Below, in pieces: positions 24,438 through 37,400 of a stretch of DNA of 64,000 nt. Each line of letters starts with the position of its first letter. The first letter of the stretch is position 1. Both the position numbers and the translations under genes were made by a program. Under the pieces are notes generated by a model, which saw nothing but the letters and a program-made list of their open reading frames with translations, was not told the DNA's origin and ran no database searches. This DNA is from Camelus dromedarius (lineage: Eukaryota): contig NC_087453.1 of assembly GCF_036321535.1 (NCBI RefSeq), positions 24,738,001 through 24,802,000 on the forward strand, in the 5' to 3' direction.

Positions 24438-26710
24438 TTTACCCCGCTACCTCCTCTTAGGCCCCAGCTTTGAAAAGGTGGTTAGGTGGCATTGTCTTCC
24501 CCGCCTCCCAAGAAGAAATCATCTCTGTGTCCACGCCACCTGCTGACCAGACATTGGCCCACTCTGGGAACTGCCAAAGCCAACCAGGCTCCCAGAACCC
24601 CTGTATCAGCATCCCCAGGACTGGAATCCCCCTCCAGGGTCTTTTAGCCCTCAGTCCCAAGTGAACGAAGCATCCCACTGTGTGTTTGTCAGCTTTATCT
24701 GGGGGGTCCATTGATAATCACCGGGCTGCTTCACTTCTGGACAGTGTGATAGTCTGTGCGACAGTGAACCTTGCCAGGTCCCTCCTCAAAGCTCTGTGCT
24801 CATAGGGCCATCCTTTCACCACTTGCCCCATCCCCACCTCCGCCCCCCCACCCCAGCAATGTCCTGGCAAGATATTTAATACGTAACCCAAACTCCACGG
24901 AGAACACCAGAGCTCAAGTTTAGTGTCTTAGGCAGGTCATTTAACTCCTTAACCCTATTTCTTCCTTGATGAAATGGTGATGGTTCTCACCTACTTGTCC
25001 CAATGGGGTCATAGGGAGAATGGTAAAGGATATTTACAGACCTGTATTTGGGGGCTGGGGGAATAGGAGTTGATTATAGATACAGGAGCTTCAAGAGCAA
25101 CTGCAGACACTTCCACATCACTCATCTCAGTCCAAGAGATATTCTTCCATGGGTTAGAAGCACAGTTGGTAACCAGTTCCTTTAGGAATATGGTTAGAGT
25201 TATGAATTCCTTAGTGAAGGGGCACAAAGTTGCAGCACAGGGGCACTACTAGGGTCAGCCTGGGGAGAAAGCTTGCTTCTCCCAGACTAGTGGTGTGGCT
25301 TTCAGCACATAACTGAATCTCTCTGTATGTGTTTTCTCACGGTTTTACCTACCTCATACAGGCTTTGTGAGCATCTAAACTGGCACAGAACCTGGCACAC
25401 AGAAAGAGCCCTATTAACATCAGTTGGTGTTATCATTAAAGAGATGATCTCAGTCCCAGCAAAAGAGGTGTTCTTGCTGGCAAGAGACAAACGGAAATGA
25501 TTTCCTCTGTTGGTATTTGAGGTGATGGACTTGGTTGGCCGGAGCACCTGGGGAGAAGGCTAATGCTCCCACCTACTTTCTCAAGAGCGGGCAAGCAGGT
25601 AGGCTGGACATCCCTGTCTCATCCTCCAGGGCTCAGATGGGGACACGATGGGGGCCAGGGTGGGAATCCCAACTACTTTTTGCCATCACTTACTTCTGAA
25701 ACCTTCAAGGCCTGGAGGGAATCCTTGAGTGCCAGAGGTACTGAAGGCCAAGTGTGGAACATTCACTCCACCTTCTTGTTTAAAAAGATGAATTGGATGA
25801 CTGCCCCTCACCCCCACATTCCAGGGTGGGGAGAGGAGGAACCGCAAGGAGGTGTAGGGAGGGAACCACAGGGACAATATGCCAGCCCCAGTCAAGGTGG
25901 GAAAACCGGTTTGGGGCCCAGAGCTGCCAGCAGGCTCAAGCTCAGGCCCTTCCCTTGCTGGAACCACTGGGGCCTGAGGGCCTCAATGAGGAAGGGCCTG
26001 GGAGGGGTGAGCTGGCCCTGAAGAAAGAGGGTAGGATCAGCAGAGGGGACTGTCCTCACCTTTGGACTGGGGGGGGGGGGGGGGCCCTGGAGGGCACCAC
26101 ACAAGAGAGTTTCTAACAGTCTCAACCTCTTGGGGCTGGTCTTCTTCAGCAATTTCACCTTCCTCCTGCCACTTTTCCCAAGGATAGCTACCAGGCTTGG
26201 AGATGCTAATCACTGAAAGGCCTAGAGGAATTCCTCTTAAGGCACCATACAAGGGGTGGCCTGTATGCTCCTACCCACTCCAATCTGGACCACAGGAGCT
26301 GCCCCAACAACCCTTTCTTTCTGCCCTCTGGCCTCACTCCTGCAAGGAATCTTTAATGGGTCTTGACAGGCCTAGTTCCCAATTTAATTTGACCCACAGG
26401 GACTGTTGGCTCCCTCCCTCCTGTCCCAGCCAACTGACCCAAAGCTCTCTAACCCCAAAGCAGTGCAAGGCCCAGCTTTCTCAAACCTGCCCCCCTCCCG
26501 CCAAGCCTAGAAAATCTTTAGATATGGATGTTGCCCCTTACCCTGGTCAGGGCCTAGGCTGTGGCCACTCTCTCAACATTTGTCCCACCAGAACAAGGGC
26601 CAAAGAGAACCGGGAAAGGAAGTGTCCCCAAGACAGACGCAAGCCCAGACCATGAAGGATGCACCCTTGGCTGTTAAAACATCCACCCCCACAAAAGGGG
26701 GGTGGACGGA

Positions 26711-26716
26711 TTTATT
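26711..26716 (-). terminator. CENPB: Polyadenylation signal of CENPB
   Basis: TTTATT on the plus strand, about 780 nt past the stop codon. Confidence 0.75.
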
Positions 26717-27493
26717 GAATTCAGACTGGGAAAGGAGCAACTGGATGGCTGGACTCTGGGCCCAGCCCCAGGTCCCCTGCCCAGGATAGAGCCCTGCCAG
26801 AGAGAGAGGAGAGGCATGAGGCCTGCAGCTGCCCACAAGGGAAGTGCCCATAATCACTCCTCTGGAGGGCCTCTTGAGAACCTCCAATCTGGAAAGAAAA
26901 CCAAGGGCCAGAGTAACATGGACTGGACCAGAGAAAGGGACTGAGGAGGTGGGGAAGCAGGCAGAGGCAGGCTCAGGAGCCTGTGGTTAGACTGTGCTTC
27001 TCAAGGCGGCCCAGGGGTAGGGATGGGGGGCTGCCAGCCTTGTGGGGGCCTAGGCTGGACCTTTCTCTGGAGCCCTTCCCAGAATGGCTTTGGGGTCCCC
27101 CCCACCAAAGACCTGGTGTGGATGGCAGAGGGGAGAGGCACTCTCTGGCCAGGAGCCTCCAGGGTTCATCCCTGGCTGCTACTGTGGCCTAGTCCACTGA
27201 TGGCACGGTGTGGTAGCACCGGACAGCTCCCCACCCTACCCACCTGGTCCCCCAAGCCCAGGGGAAAATGGGGAGGAAAGAGGATTCTGAGAAAGAGGCA
27301 ATAAGCAGGCAGTGAGGCTGATGCCAGCCCGAGGCCCTACCAGATGACTGGGCCTGTCACAGGGCCAGGAGAACATCACTACAGGATCTGGGGCTCCCCA
27401 CTCTGGCTCCACCCACAGCGGCTCCCCAGAGAGTCCTCTGCCCTGGGCTGGAGCTGCCACATCCAGGTTGGGGGCACAGCTAGGCCCAGTGGC

Positions 27494-29308
27494 TCAGCTT
27501 TGATGTCCAAGACCCCGAACTCCTGCCTGCCTGGCGTGGTTCTTCCTAGTCACGTGGACTAGATCATGTTCCAAGTGGAGGATGTGGCTTTGCACACGGT
27601 CATCAATGGGGAAGGAGGTGAGGTACCTCTTGACCATAGCAAAGTAAGCCATGGCCTCCCCAAAGCTGGGCACAGGCACCTCATCACCATCCTCCTCATC
27701 ATCTTCATCATCTTCATCCTCCTCCTCATCGTCTTCTTCCTCTTCCTCACTGTCTGACTCAGAGTCCTCCTCACCTTCCAGGAAATGGAGGGTAGGGCAC
27801 TGGGCCTCCTCCTGAGCACCATAGCCCCCGAAGCTGCCACCAGCCTCCACGACTCCCTGGGCCCAGTCCTCAGCCTCCAAGCCTTCAGAGGAGCTCTCAT
27901 CCCCTTCCTCCTCTTCCTCCTCATCACTGTCATCAACATCACCCTCCTCTTCCACCTCCTCTTNNNNNNNNNNNNNNNNNNNNNNNNNNNNNNNNNNNNN
28001 NNNNNNNNNNNNNNNNNNNNNNNNNNNNNNNNNNNNNNNNNNNNNNNNNNNNNNNNNNNNNNNNNNNNNNNNNNNNNNNNNNNNNNNNNNNNNNNNNNNN
28101 NNNNNNNNNNNAGTAGTGATGGTGGCATTAGGGCCACCCCCGAAGCCAGCCTCACGAAAGCAGGTAGCTATGTCCGAAGGTTCCACTGCCTGCCAGGCTG
28201 CAGCCACGAAGTGCAGGGCCTCCATGAGGCCCAGCTGCAGGCCTGAGCGATCCTGGCCCTCTAGCGCGGCCATGGCCTTGAGCAGCATAGCCTGGCGGTA
28301 GTGGCCCTTCACCTGTTGGACCACTCCCCGCTCCAGCGGCTGCACGGTGCCCGGAGGGAAGAAGGCCAGCTGCACATGCCGCAGGCCCGAGGTATCCAGG
28401 GACTGGGCAGCCAGGCGGCCAGCCAACAGCAGGACTCGGCGAGATTCTGCAGCCATGCGGGTGTCCAGGGCCTTCAGGTACTTAGCCAGAGCCTGAGTGG
28501 TGACACCACCCTTAGAGTTGGCGGTGTAGTCGCAGGGCAGGCCGGCTTGGCCTGCACGAGGCTTGGCCGACTTGCCGGCCACAAGTGGGGGCAGCTTCTC
28601 GCTGCCGTCGGCGTTGGCGCACAGCAGGACACTCAGGCGCTGGGTGGCCCTGCGTGCCCGTCCATCGCTGCCGCACAGCCCCGCGGCCTGGTCGGGCAAG
28701 AAGTCGTACCATAGACTGGTCTCAGTGGCGCTGAACACGTCCTGGGAGGCGTAGCCCTCGGCCACCGACGGCGGCTGCTCCTCCCGAGCGCGCCAGCCCG
28801 TCGTACCCCCACCGCTGCCCTCCGAGGGTACGGCGGGCGGGCTGGCGGGCGCCGCTGGGGACCGGGGGGCAGCGCTGCGCGATCGGGCGCGGGCCACACC
28901 GCTNNNNNNNNNNNNNNNNNNNNNNNNNNNNNNNNNNNNNNNNNNNNNNNNNNNNNNNNNNNNNNNNNNNNNNNNNNNNNNNNNNNNNNNNNNNNNNNNN
29001 NNNNNNNNNNNNNNNNNNNNNNNNNNNNNNNNNNNNNNNNNNNNNNNNNNNNNNNNNNNNNNNNNNNNNNNNNNNNNNNNNNNNNNNNNNNNNNNNNNNN
29101 NNNNNNNNNNNNNNNNNNNNNNNNNNNNNNNNNNNNNNNNNNNNNNNNNNNNNNNNNNNNNNNNNNNNNNNNNNNNNNNNNNNNNNNNNNNNNNNNNNNN
29201 NNNNNNNNNNNNNNNNNNNNNNNNNNNNNNNNNNNNNNNNNNNNNNNNNNNCTCCTGGATGATCCGCGACTTCTCCCGGAACGTCAGCTGCCGCCGCTTG
29301 GGGCCCAT
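27494..29308 (-). CDS. CENPB: Centromere protein B (intronless, domesticated pogo/Tigger transposase), about 604 aa
   Basis: ATG at 29308 (MGPKRRQLTFREKSRIIQE), DDE-like central domain, acidic tracts, and dimerisation domain ending RQAGVRGLGHQS with TGA at 27496-27494. Two N-runs inside preserve the frame. Confidence 0.98.
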   Translation of the reverse strand: MGPKRRQLTFREKSRIIQEXXXXXXXXXXXXXXXXXXXXXXXXXXXXXXXXXXXXXXXXXXXXXXXXXXXXXXXXXXXXXXXXXXXXXXXXXXXXXXXXXXXXXXXXXXXXXXXXXXXXXXXXXXXXXXXXXXXXSGVARARSRSAAPRSPAAPASPPAVPSEGSGGGTTGWRAREEQPPSVAEGYASQDVFSATETSLWYDFLPDQAAGLCGSDGRARRATQRLSVLLCANADGSEKLPPLVAGKSAKPRAGQAGLPCDYTANSKGGVTTQALAKYLKALDTRMAAESRRVLLLAGRLAAQSLDTSGLRHVQLAFFPPGTVQPLERGVVQQVKGHYRQAMLLKAMAALEGQDRSGLQLGLMEALHFVAAAWQAVEPSDIATCFREAGFGGGPNATITTXXXXXXXXXXXXXXXXXXXXXXXXXXXXXXXXXXXXXXXXXXXXXXXXXXEEVEEEGDVDDSDEEEEEEGDESSSEGLEAEDWAQGVVEAGGSFGGYGAQEEAQCPTLHFLEGEEDSESDSEEEEEDDEEEDEDDEDDEEDGDEVPVPSFGEAMAYFAMVKRYLTSFPIDDRVQSHILHLEHDLVHVTRKNHARQAGVRGLGHQS

Positions 29309-29820
29309 CCCGGCGCGCCCCCCGCCCCGGGGCCCGGCGCCACCGCCGCCGCCCCGGGGCGGAGGGCCCCGGCCCGCGGCGGGGGGCACCTGGCGGCCTC
29401 TCCCGCGCGCCCCGCCCGAGACAAAGCGGCTCGCGGGGCGGCGGGCGGGGCGGCGACCCGGCCGGGCCGGGGGCACCTTCGGGGACGCCGGCGGGCGCGG
29501 CGCCGGGCGGCGGGCGGTAGGCGGCGGGCGCGGGCGAGGGCGGGCGGCGCGGGCGCTGTAGGCAGGAAGTGCCGCGGCGCGGGGAGCAGGGAGCGCGGCG
29601 AGCGGGGCGGAGCGGGCGGAGCGGGATCTCGCGGGAAGCGCGGGGACGCCCGGCACCGCCTCCCAGCCGTCCGCTCCCACCCCTTCCCCGCCGGCCCCGA
29701 CCGACCGCGCGGGGGCGCTTCGGCCTGCTGGACCGGCCAGCGCTGGGGCGTCCGGGGACCCGCTGGCAACCGTGTGGGCAAGGCTCTGTGCCCGGCCTCT
29801 GTGCCGCGTGGGCAGCGATT
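28850..29820. promoter_or_regulatory. CpG island / CENPB promoter, probably bidirectional
   Basis: Extremely GC- and CpG-rich; ETS motif GCAGGAAGT at 29562-29570; many GC boxes. Confidence 0.8.
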
Positions 29821-32800
29821 GCTGCTAATAAAGAATAACAGCTGTGTTTTGTCTTTTTTATTAAGGTAAAATAACCCACGGTTTTTGCGGAAGCTGAAAA
29901 ATACAGGAAACTAAATATCACCTTTCACCTCAACACCTGGAGAGATGCGCAGGTAATTTCTGATACATTTCCTTCCAGTCTTTTCTCTAGGCGCATGCAG
30001 TTTTTTTCCTTTTTTAATTTATTGCATAAAACTGACATCAGACGGTATAGACTATGTATTGGCATCTCCTGCTGTTTTATCTGGCATCAGACGATGAGAA
30101 TTTTGCCTTATTGATAAAGTGTTACCAACATACTTTTTAATGGTTGTATATTGTTCCAATTATGGTTGAACCCCAATCGATGTAGCCTATTGTTGCACAT
30201 TTAGATTATGTTTATAAGCAATACTATAGTTTTAAATCTATTTGATGATAATCCCACAATCCATAAATAAACACTAATGACATCTCATTATGTCACTTTC
30301 CGGGCTGTTCCATGCATTTAGCCATAAATATATGCGTTTGCACCTACAGAAATAATGTCATATATGTACATAAGCATACATACACACGAATCCCTGAAAC
30401 CTCTTCCTGTACCAAACACATACAAATGACAGATTCTTAAAACAGTGTATGAATTGCAGTGTTTTCAAAAAAATTTTTTTAGAGTAGCATGAGGTGTAGG
30501 CAAGAGGAAGGCTGTGGTGCAGGGAGACAGGCTGCAAATCCGGTGCTGGATGAGGCTTCAAGGAAATGGGTGGAGACAAAGAAGAAAAGAGGACCAAAGA
30601 GAGTACCCTGGGTTCTTCAAGGTTAAGGGCTCAATAAAGGACTAACAGAAACTCAGGAGGAACAACTGAAGTGGTGGGAGGAAATTCAAGCTCATATAGT
30701 GTTCTGGAAGCCAAGGGAAGAAAGTGTAGTCACTGCTTTTTTAGAGTGCATTTCTCTTTTCCCATGTGTATCAAAGTCTGAGAATTTTCTAGTCATATCC
30801 TTTGCCCATGTTTCTATTGTATTTGTCTTTTTGTTGAGTTTTAGGAGCTCTTTATATGCTCTGAACATAAAATCTTCATGTATATTGCAAATATTTTCTC
30901 CTAGTCTACCACCCTTAACTTAGTCTAGGGAATCTCAGATATGAGAAGTTTTTAATCTTTAAGTAGACAGGTCTGTCACTTTTTTCCTTTATTGCTTCTG
31001 GATTTTGTATCTTACTGAGAGATGCCTTCTCTACCCAACCCCTGACCTCAAGACATAAAAAATGTTCTTCTGACCACAAGGTCCAGAAGAAAACATGGGA
31101 GACTTTTTCCTATAGAAGCCAGATCAGTGCTTGGCCCATAATGGGTGTGTGGTCCCTGTGCAAAAGTGAATGTAGGGCCACCTGGTTGAGGACTCTTTCC
31201 CACAAGCCTTCAAGAAACTGTCTGCATTTTGGAGGTTTCATCCATGTGCACGTATGTCCTCCTGACTCCTCATTTTATCTTCTTATAATCAATGGCTGTT
31301 TGGGTGAATGGACTGCGGGTGAGCTTTTTTTTCTACTTTGTTGAATTTTCTAAGTTTCCTTCAATAAGCAAACACTACTGGCCCTTTAAAATGAAAATGG
31401 AAATGGAAAGCTTGCTGACAAACATAAAGAATAATGATGAGGTGAGTGGATTGGAGATAGGCCTGTTGAGCAGCTTTGGACAGCCTGGACCAAGAGAAGA
31501 GAAGGTGGACTGTGGACTTCCCTGAGGTAGAGAATTGGAAAGATGGGGCTTCCAGAGGGAAGTGGGGGATCCCAGGGCTCCAGATGGATTAGTGCAGGAA
31601 ATGGTCAGTTGAGAGAGTGGAAACAGGCCCTGCGCACTCCTACAGGCAGCGGGTAAACCAGTTATCTGGAAATGGCTATGCCATAAGTGCATGAGTGTGG
31701 CTTTTCTACTGTCCGGGAAGTGGCCATACCAGTGCCTTCTGTGTGGCACCAAGGATGGGCCTGGAAGTGGAAGGCACTGTGGGCCTGTTGATGGGGGGGA
31801 GGGGAGGCGGCACAGATGCAGTTAGCAGGAAAGAGGTTGTCCAGCCATTTGAGGACATCCCTATGCTTCCTAGAGCCAAAGGTCCCAAAAGAAATACCTA
31901 TTTTCTCCCCCAATCCTCCAAAGAATATGGCATAATTTTTTATTCTTAATTATGTTTCTATTGGCTAGGACTCTTTTAGACTATCTCCAAGAGAATGCAA
32001 CAAATTTATAATAATGACTGCCTCTGGGGAAGGGTCCTGAAGATTTGTATGGGGCGGGAGACTGACTTTTCATAGCCTTTTTGTGCCATTTGACTTTTCT
32101 CCTTTGTTTGAATTTTTTGTACTTGTATTAATTTTAAAAAACCATTTAACATGTCATAAGCCTTGGAAGGAAAGGCACCCAAAAATTTTGTCCCACCAAA
32201 AAAAAAAAAAAATGCTGTGTGAGAACAAGCTTGGAGAAGCAGAATAATTTTGCAGACATGTGATAATTTTTCCTAGTCTTCTGCCAAGGTCCCAGGGTCA
32301 CACCAGACCCCCTTAAGGGAGCCCAGAGCTTGATACGTACAGTCTAGCATCCAGACTGTCCTTTCCATGAGAAGATGAGCTTTCTGCTGCCTAAAAGCAT
32401 CATTGTAACAAAATCCTGGCTGATGGGAGGAGTCCTTCCTCTTACAAAGATGGTTGCAAGTATTTATTGCAGCTTGTTTTTACTGTTTTTTTTTTTCCAA
32501 ACTGAGCACATAATCTACAGTCTAATTGGCAGAAGGAGTTACCCAGAGCTGATGTGTGAGATGCTCTGAAATGACCCCTCTGTGGTCCTGGCCCCTCTTC
32601 ACGGCCCCAGAGGTGACCTCCGAACTGGAATTTCAAGCAATTCAAGAGTATACTCTCCCACACAAACCCTCCCCACACCCTGTAGAGGTGTTTGTTGGGG
32701 GATAAACACCTTCTGGGTTGGCTTTGAAAATACAACCCTCAGAGCAGTTTTATTTCTGGGCTCACTGTGCCCACCTCTACCCTGACCCCGGACAGTCACA

Positions 32801-33689
32801 GCTTTGGCTGTGAGTAGGGGCTGGAGGTCTGGAGCTGGACTCCTGACCTAGGGCTGGTGAACTGGAAACCTCAGTCCTGCCCAGCACATAGCAGTAGCAT
32901 ATCGCTGGGCAAAATGTTGAGAGAAGGAAAAGTCACATCCCCACCCTCCTCACCCCTCTCAGATAGGACTGGGGTCTCCCCACTCTCTTCCTCCACGTCT
33001 CCGGGTCCACCCAACCCCCACCACCAGGCCCTCCCTTCTGCCACCCCCACCCACTGCTCCTTGGCCTGGAGGATTAGGGCTGCACTGGAAGGGGTGAAAG
33101 GCCACAGCTCCAGCCTTCCTGAACTGTGCCCCACCCAGCCGGAGGCCACCTCTTCCCTGGGGAGAAGGGGTGCAAAAGCAGATTATGTCCTTTCGCGTTT
33201 GGATGCAGCCTTCCCACCACAGTCCAGGAAAGGGGGCTTGCTAGAAGGTGATCAGATAATTAGAAGATGCTCAGGTAAAACTAGTGACAAATTCAGCCTC
33301 CTTGATCAAAGAAACACCAATTAAACACTATGATGCCATTGGTACCACATGACCCATACCCTCAATGGGCATAAGATTATTGCATAAACTGGGTTCTGAG
33401 GTTGCTGACACCCTCCTTGCCCCTCACAGCCAAAACTAAAGGCTAGGCCAACCACTAGAGCCTCCTCTGGGGCTGCCCTCTTGGGATGCTCCTCTGGACC
33501 CCTTGGGATGACATCTAACCTGGGCCACTGAAGCACCCAACGGTTATGTGTCAGCCCCCACCTCGGGCCCACCTGGGGGCTCCCCATGGGAAATACGCTC
33601 TGAGGCCACTTGGAGCTGCCAGTCGAGGGGTCAGGGAGGCTGCGGGAACACAGACGCGTGGGGGCGAATCTCACCTCCATTTGCACAAT

Positions 33690-33790
33690 CGTGTGACCTC
33701 GAACGAGTTGATGAACTTTCCCGCGCCTCAGCGTCCCTGTCTATAAAGTGGAATGGTGAACACAGAGCCCACAGCGCGGCTCTGTTGGCA
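33690..33790 (+). mobile_element. MIR fragment
   Basis: tgtgacctcgaacgagttgatgaactttcccgcgcctcagcgtccctgtctataaagtggaat resembles the MIR core. Confidence 0.55.
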
Positions 33791-34079
33791 AACTGGAACG
33801 GAGGCTCTCAGGATGCCAACTGGTGGTTGTAAGTGGTGTTAAACCGTGGGGATCCCGCTAAGGCTACCCTAGTGGATTGTTACTTCTTCAGGGGCCCTCT
33901 TCGCTGGGGGCGGGGGGTGGGCGGTGTGTAGCTCCAAACTACATACTGAGAAGCGGAATTTGGGAAGCCTGGATTCTCGCTCGAATCCTGGTTGGGAGGG
34001 AGTGCGAGGGATGTAGGAGAAATCCTAATTCCTCCACCCAACCCAAAGCTTGGAACTGGGCGAGGCCGGGCTGGTCCAG

Positions 34080-34200
34080 CCTCCGCGCCTTTCACCACAT
34101 GGGCCCCGCCCTCGGTCCCGCCCCTCTTCTAACCCGCGCCCCCATTGGTGGCGTCCGGCGGCGCGGCCGCTGTTATTTTTCGAATATATAAGGAGGTGGT
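34080..34200 (+). promoter_or_regulatory. CDC25B core promoter (E-box, GC boxes, inverted CCAAT, TATA)
   Basis: CACATG at 34096-34101, CCGCCC boxes, ATTGG at 34144-34148, TATATAAG at 34185-34192, inside a CpG island of about 34080-34680. Confidence 0.75.
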
Positions 34201-34443
34201 GGTGGTGGCAGCTTCTGCTTAGAGGCTTCCCGGACTGGCGGCGGGTCCCTGCGTCCCTCCTCCCCTCCCCACCCTCCCCGCTTCCCTCTCCGCTTCCCTC
34301 TCCTCCCTCGCTCCGGCCCCGTTGCTCTTCCTCCCTCCCACCCCCCTCCACCCCGGGCCGGCTCCCTACCTCGTCCCTCGTCCCGGCCAGCTGTGCCCGG
34401 CGCCTGTCGGTTGCCCTCCGCCCAGCCCTCCCGCCCCGCGGAT

Positions 34444-37400
34444 ATGGAGCTGCCCCAGCCGGAGCCCGCGCCAGGCTCGGCTCTCAGTCCGGCCGCCGTG
34501 CGCGGTGACGCCCAGCGTCCGGGCTACCTTCCGGGCCTCCGCCTGGGAGCTCACAGCCTCCTGGGGTCCCCGGAGCGCGCGACCGCTTCCTCGCCAGTCA
34601 GCACCCTCACCCAGACCATGCACGACCTCGCCGGGCTCGGCAGGTAGGGCGCGCCAAGGATGCTGGGTGTGGGGTGAGAGGCCCGCACTAGGGTATTGGT
34701 CCTAGGCCTCCTTGTGAACCTGGCATGGGTACCGAATCCAAAAGGCGGAGTAGGGAGGCATCCGGGGCAGAGCCTGTTCAGGGGCCCGAGACAAGGTTGT
34801 GCTGCTCACACCCTCCAGTTGACTTGCTCTTGGCCTGCACAAGCCTTTGGAGACCTTTCCCACCTCCTCCTCCTCCACCATGCTGCCTCCCTAATCTCAG
34901 CAGATCTTCACCATTTTGCCCCAGGCAGGAGATCCTGAGCCTGGAGGGGGGAACTTGAGGTGGCAGACCAGTGGGGTTCCCATAAACCCAGGCTCCTGCT
35001 CCCTCCTCCAGTTCTTTCCTGGGGTTAAGGGGTTAAGTGCTTGTTCTGCCCCTGTAAGCAAGCCTGCATCTCCAGGCTGGGTTGTCCTTGTAGCAGTAGA
35101 GACCTAAACCTAAACCCTTCCTCCAGAAAGGCTTGTGGATGAGTAGGGGTCTGAAAAGTTTAGGGGAAGGCCCTCCAGGGCTGCTCTGCTATGCCCTCAG
35201 GGTGGCCCCAGCCCACCTCCTCCAGCCTACCTCCTTGCTCTTGCCCTGGGTTCACCTCTCCCTGCACCCAGGAGGACTTTAAATCAATCAGTCAAAAGAG
35301 ATGTAGGGCCCATGTAGAAGGCCTGAGAAGAGGGTAGGCCCTTGATGCCTCACCTTTCTGGGACAGTGCAGAGGCTGGATGGGCCCTTCAGAAGTGGGTG
35401 GCTGGTGGGAACATGGGCCAGCCAGCACTTGAGCCCCACATTTACCTTTCTCCTTCCTTGGGTCCCTGCTCCCTTCCCAGCGAGACCCCAAAGAGTCAGG
35501 TAGGCAGCCTGCTCAAATGCCTATCCCTGTCCCGTCGGGCGTCTGAATCCTCCCTGTCGTCTGAGTCCTCTGAATCTTCTGATGCAGGTGAGGCCCAGGG
35601 GTGCCAGGGGAGTTTGGGAGGGCTGCCTGAGCCTCCCCACTTCCCTACTGATCAGACTAACATCCTTACCACAACCTGGTGGGCCCAGCAACCTCCCCCT
35701 GCCCACTTCTGGTAGGGCTCACCACACTCAGCACCGACTGAGCAAGGCGGGCATTGGGCGGGGTCCTGAGATCTTACCTATTTAAAAACAGTAGCCAAAC
35801 CCCCTGAACCACAGCCCCACCTGGGAGGCATTAGGGCTGAAAGTCTGTCATTTTATGACATTCACTTGCCTTCTGCTATCACCATTTCCTTTAAAAAGCC
35901 AGTATCTCTTCTAGAACAAATTATTTTAAACTAGTTCAGGAAAAATGCTCAGCAAAGTTTTGGTTTAAAGCCTAGAAGGAGGAGTTTTCATAGTAAACAG
36001 GGAGTGGAGCCCTGTGTAATTTGGGGAGCAGTGTGTCAGCCTTTGGGGTCCATGGATGGGTTTTGTTTCATTTTTTAATATGTCAAGATCTAAAACAAAA
36101 AGAGGTTTTTCCCTTCTCAGAATAGGGTTGGGATGTGGTGGGGGAAAGAGTACAGGAAATGCCACTACTTTCAAACCAAGGCGCTCTGTCCCCCAGGTCT
36201 CTGCATGGACTCTCCCAGCCCTATGGACCCCCAAGTGGCGGAGCAGACGTGAGTGGAGAAAAGGAGGGGGCACCTGCCCTTAGGAATCTCAGTTCTAGTA
36301 TAAACTCACTGGGAAGTCTGGGCGAGCAGACAGACCCCTCTTCATCCCCATATGGGGACACGAATTGACTTCATGTCCTGGAATTCTGCTCTCTGTCTCA
36401 GGGAAGGGTCTGCTCTCACGGGAGCAGCTGAGAGTGGGCTCAGGGCTGGGGGGTAGGGGTCAGTGGCCACAGGGAGCCACTTGTGGGAATATCGGGTCAG
36501 TATGTATCTCATTTTTTTCTGCCTATACACATTTTTTCTGTGCAGTATCACAATTTCAAAATATGGTCCAACTAATTCAAAACTTTTTATTCACTCTAGG
36601 CCAAACAAAACAGTTACTGCAAGCTGGTTTGGCCCTTGGCCATCCTATCAGCAACCTCTAGCTTCAGTGATGTTTGACCCTCTGGCCAACTCCTGGACCA
36701 GGCCCTTTGTGAGGGGGAGTGGAGAAGTTGGTGGGCTCTGCTCAGCGCAGATCCCTGCTGCTTGGTTGTGGGGCAAGAGTAGTACCTCCCAGAGCACAGC
36801 TGTTCCCATCCAGCTGTTCAGGCCCCAGCAAGGAGAGCAGCTGCCAGGCATTACTGGGAACAGCTGGGCATCCTCAGCCTGGGCTATGGGACTGTGGCTT
36901 TGGGTTTAGGGCAGTGGCTGTCTTTCTTCCAATTGCCTTTGATCAGACTGGGCTGGGCTGCAGGGTTTGTTCATAAACAGGAAATGGGTAGAGAATTAGA
37001 TGGGGGTGTGGGGACTATAGGCTGGGTTTTGGTGGTAACAGGGCTGTCCCTGCTTTGCCCCCAGGGCCCAGGTGCAGATTGGAAACCAAGGCAATTAAAT
37101 TGATAATCCTGATGCCAGGTTGGCTGGGCACAGCCACCTCCCCCCCAACCCTGGGGCCATCCCCCTGACATTTTAGCACTCAGTGCCCCACCACTATCTC
37201 TGCACCTGCTTTGACGGTTACAGTTTCTCAGAAAGAAGTGTGTGTGTATGTGTGTACACACAGACACACAAAAGCCCCGCCTAGCAGGTGGTCTCTGGTA
37301 ACATAGCTGAGGGGTGGGGCCTATCTACAGAAGCTTATGCTCCAGCCTCAAAAGGAACATCTGTTGGAATTCTTTGCCTGCTGGCCTCTCCTAAGGCAGG

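Noticed and set aside
29309-29680. 124-codon stop-free extension upstream of the CENPB ATG (the 728-aa ORF in the track)
   Set aside because: No ATG, extreme GC content makes stop-free frames expected, and part of it lies upstream of the probable start site.
28722-29921. 399-aa alternative-frame ORF over the 5' part of CENPB
   Set aside because: Produced by N-run read-through and CpG-island composition; low-complexity Arg/Pro/Gly sequence.
35499-35505. Internal donor-like CAG|GTAGGC in CDC25B exon 2
   Set aside because: Its use would frameshift against exon 3; no other support.
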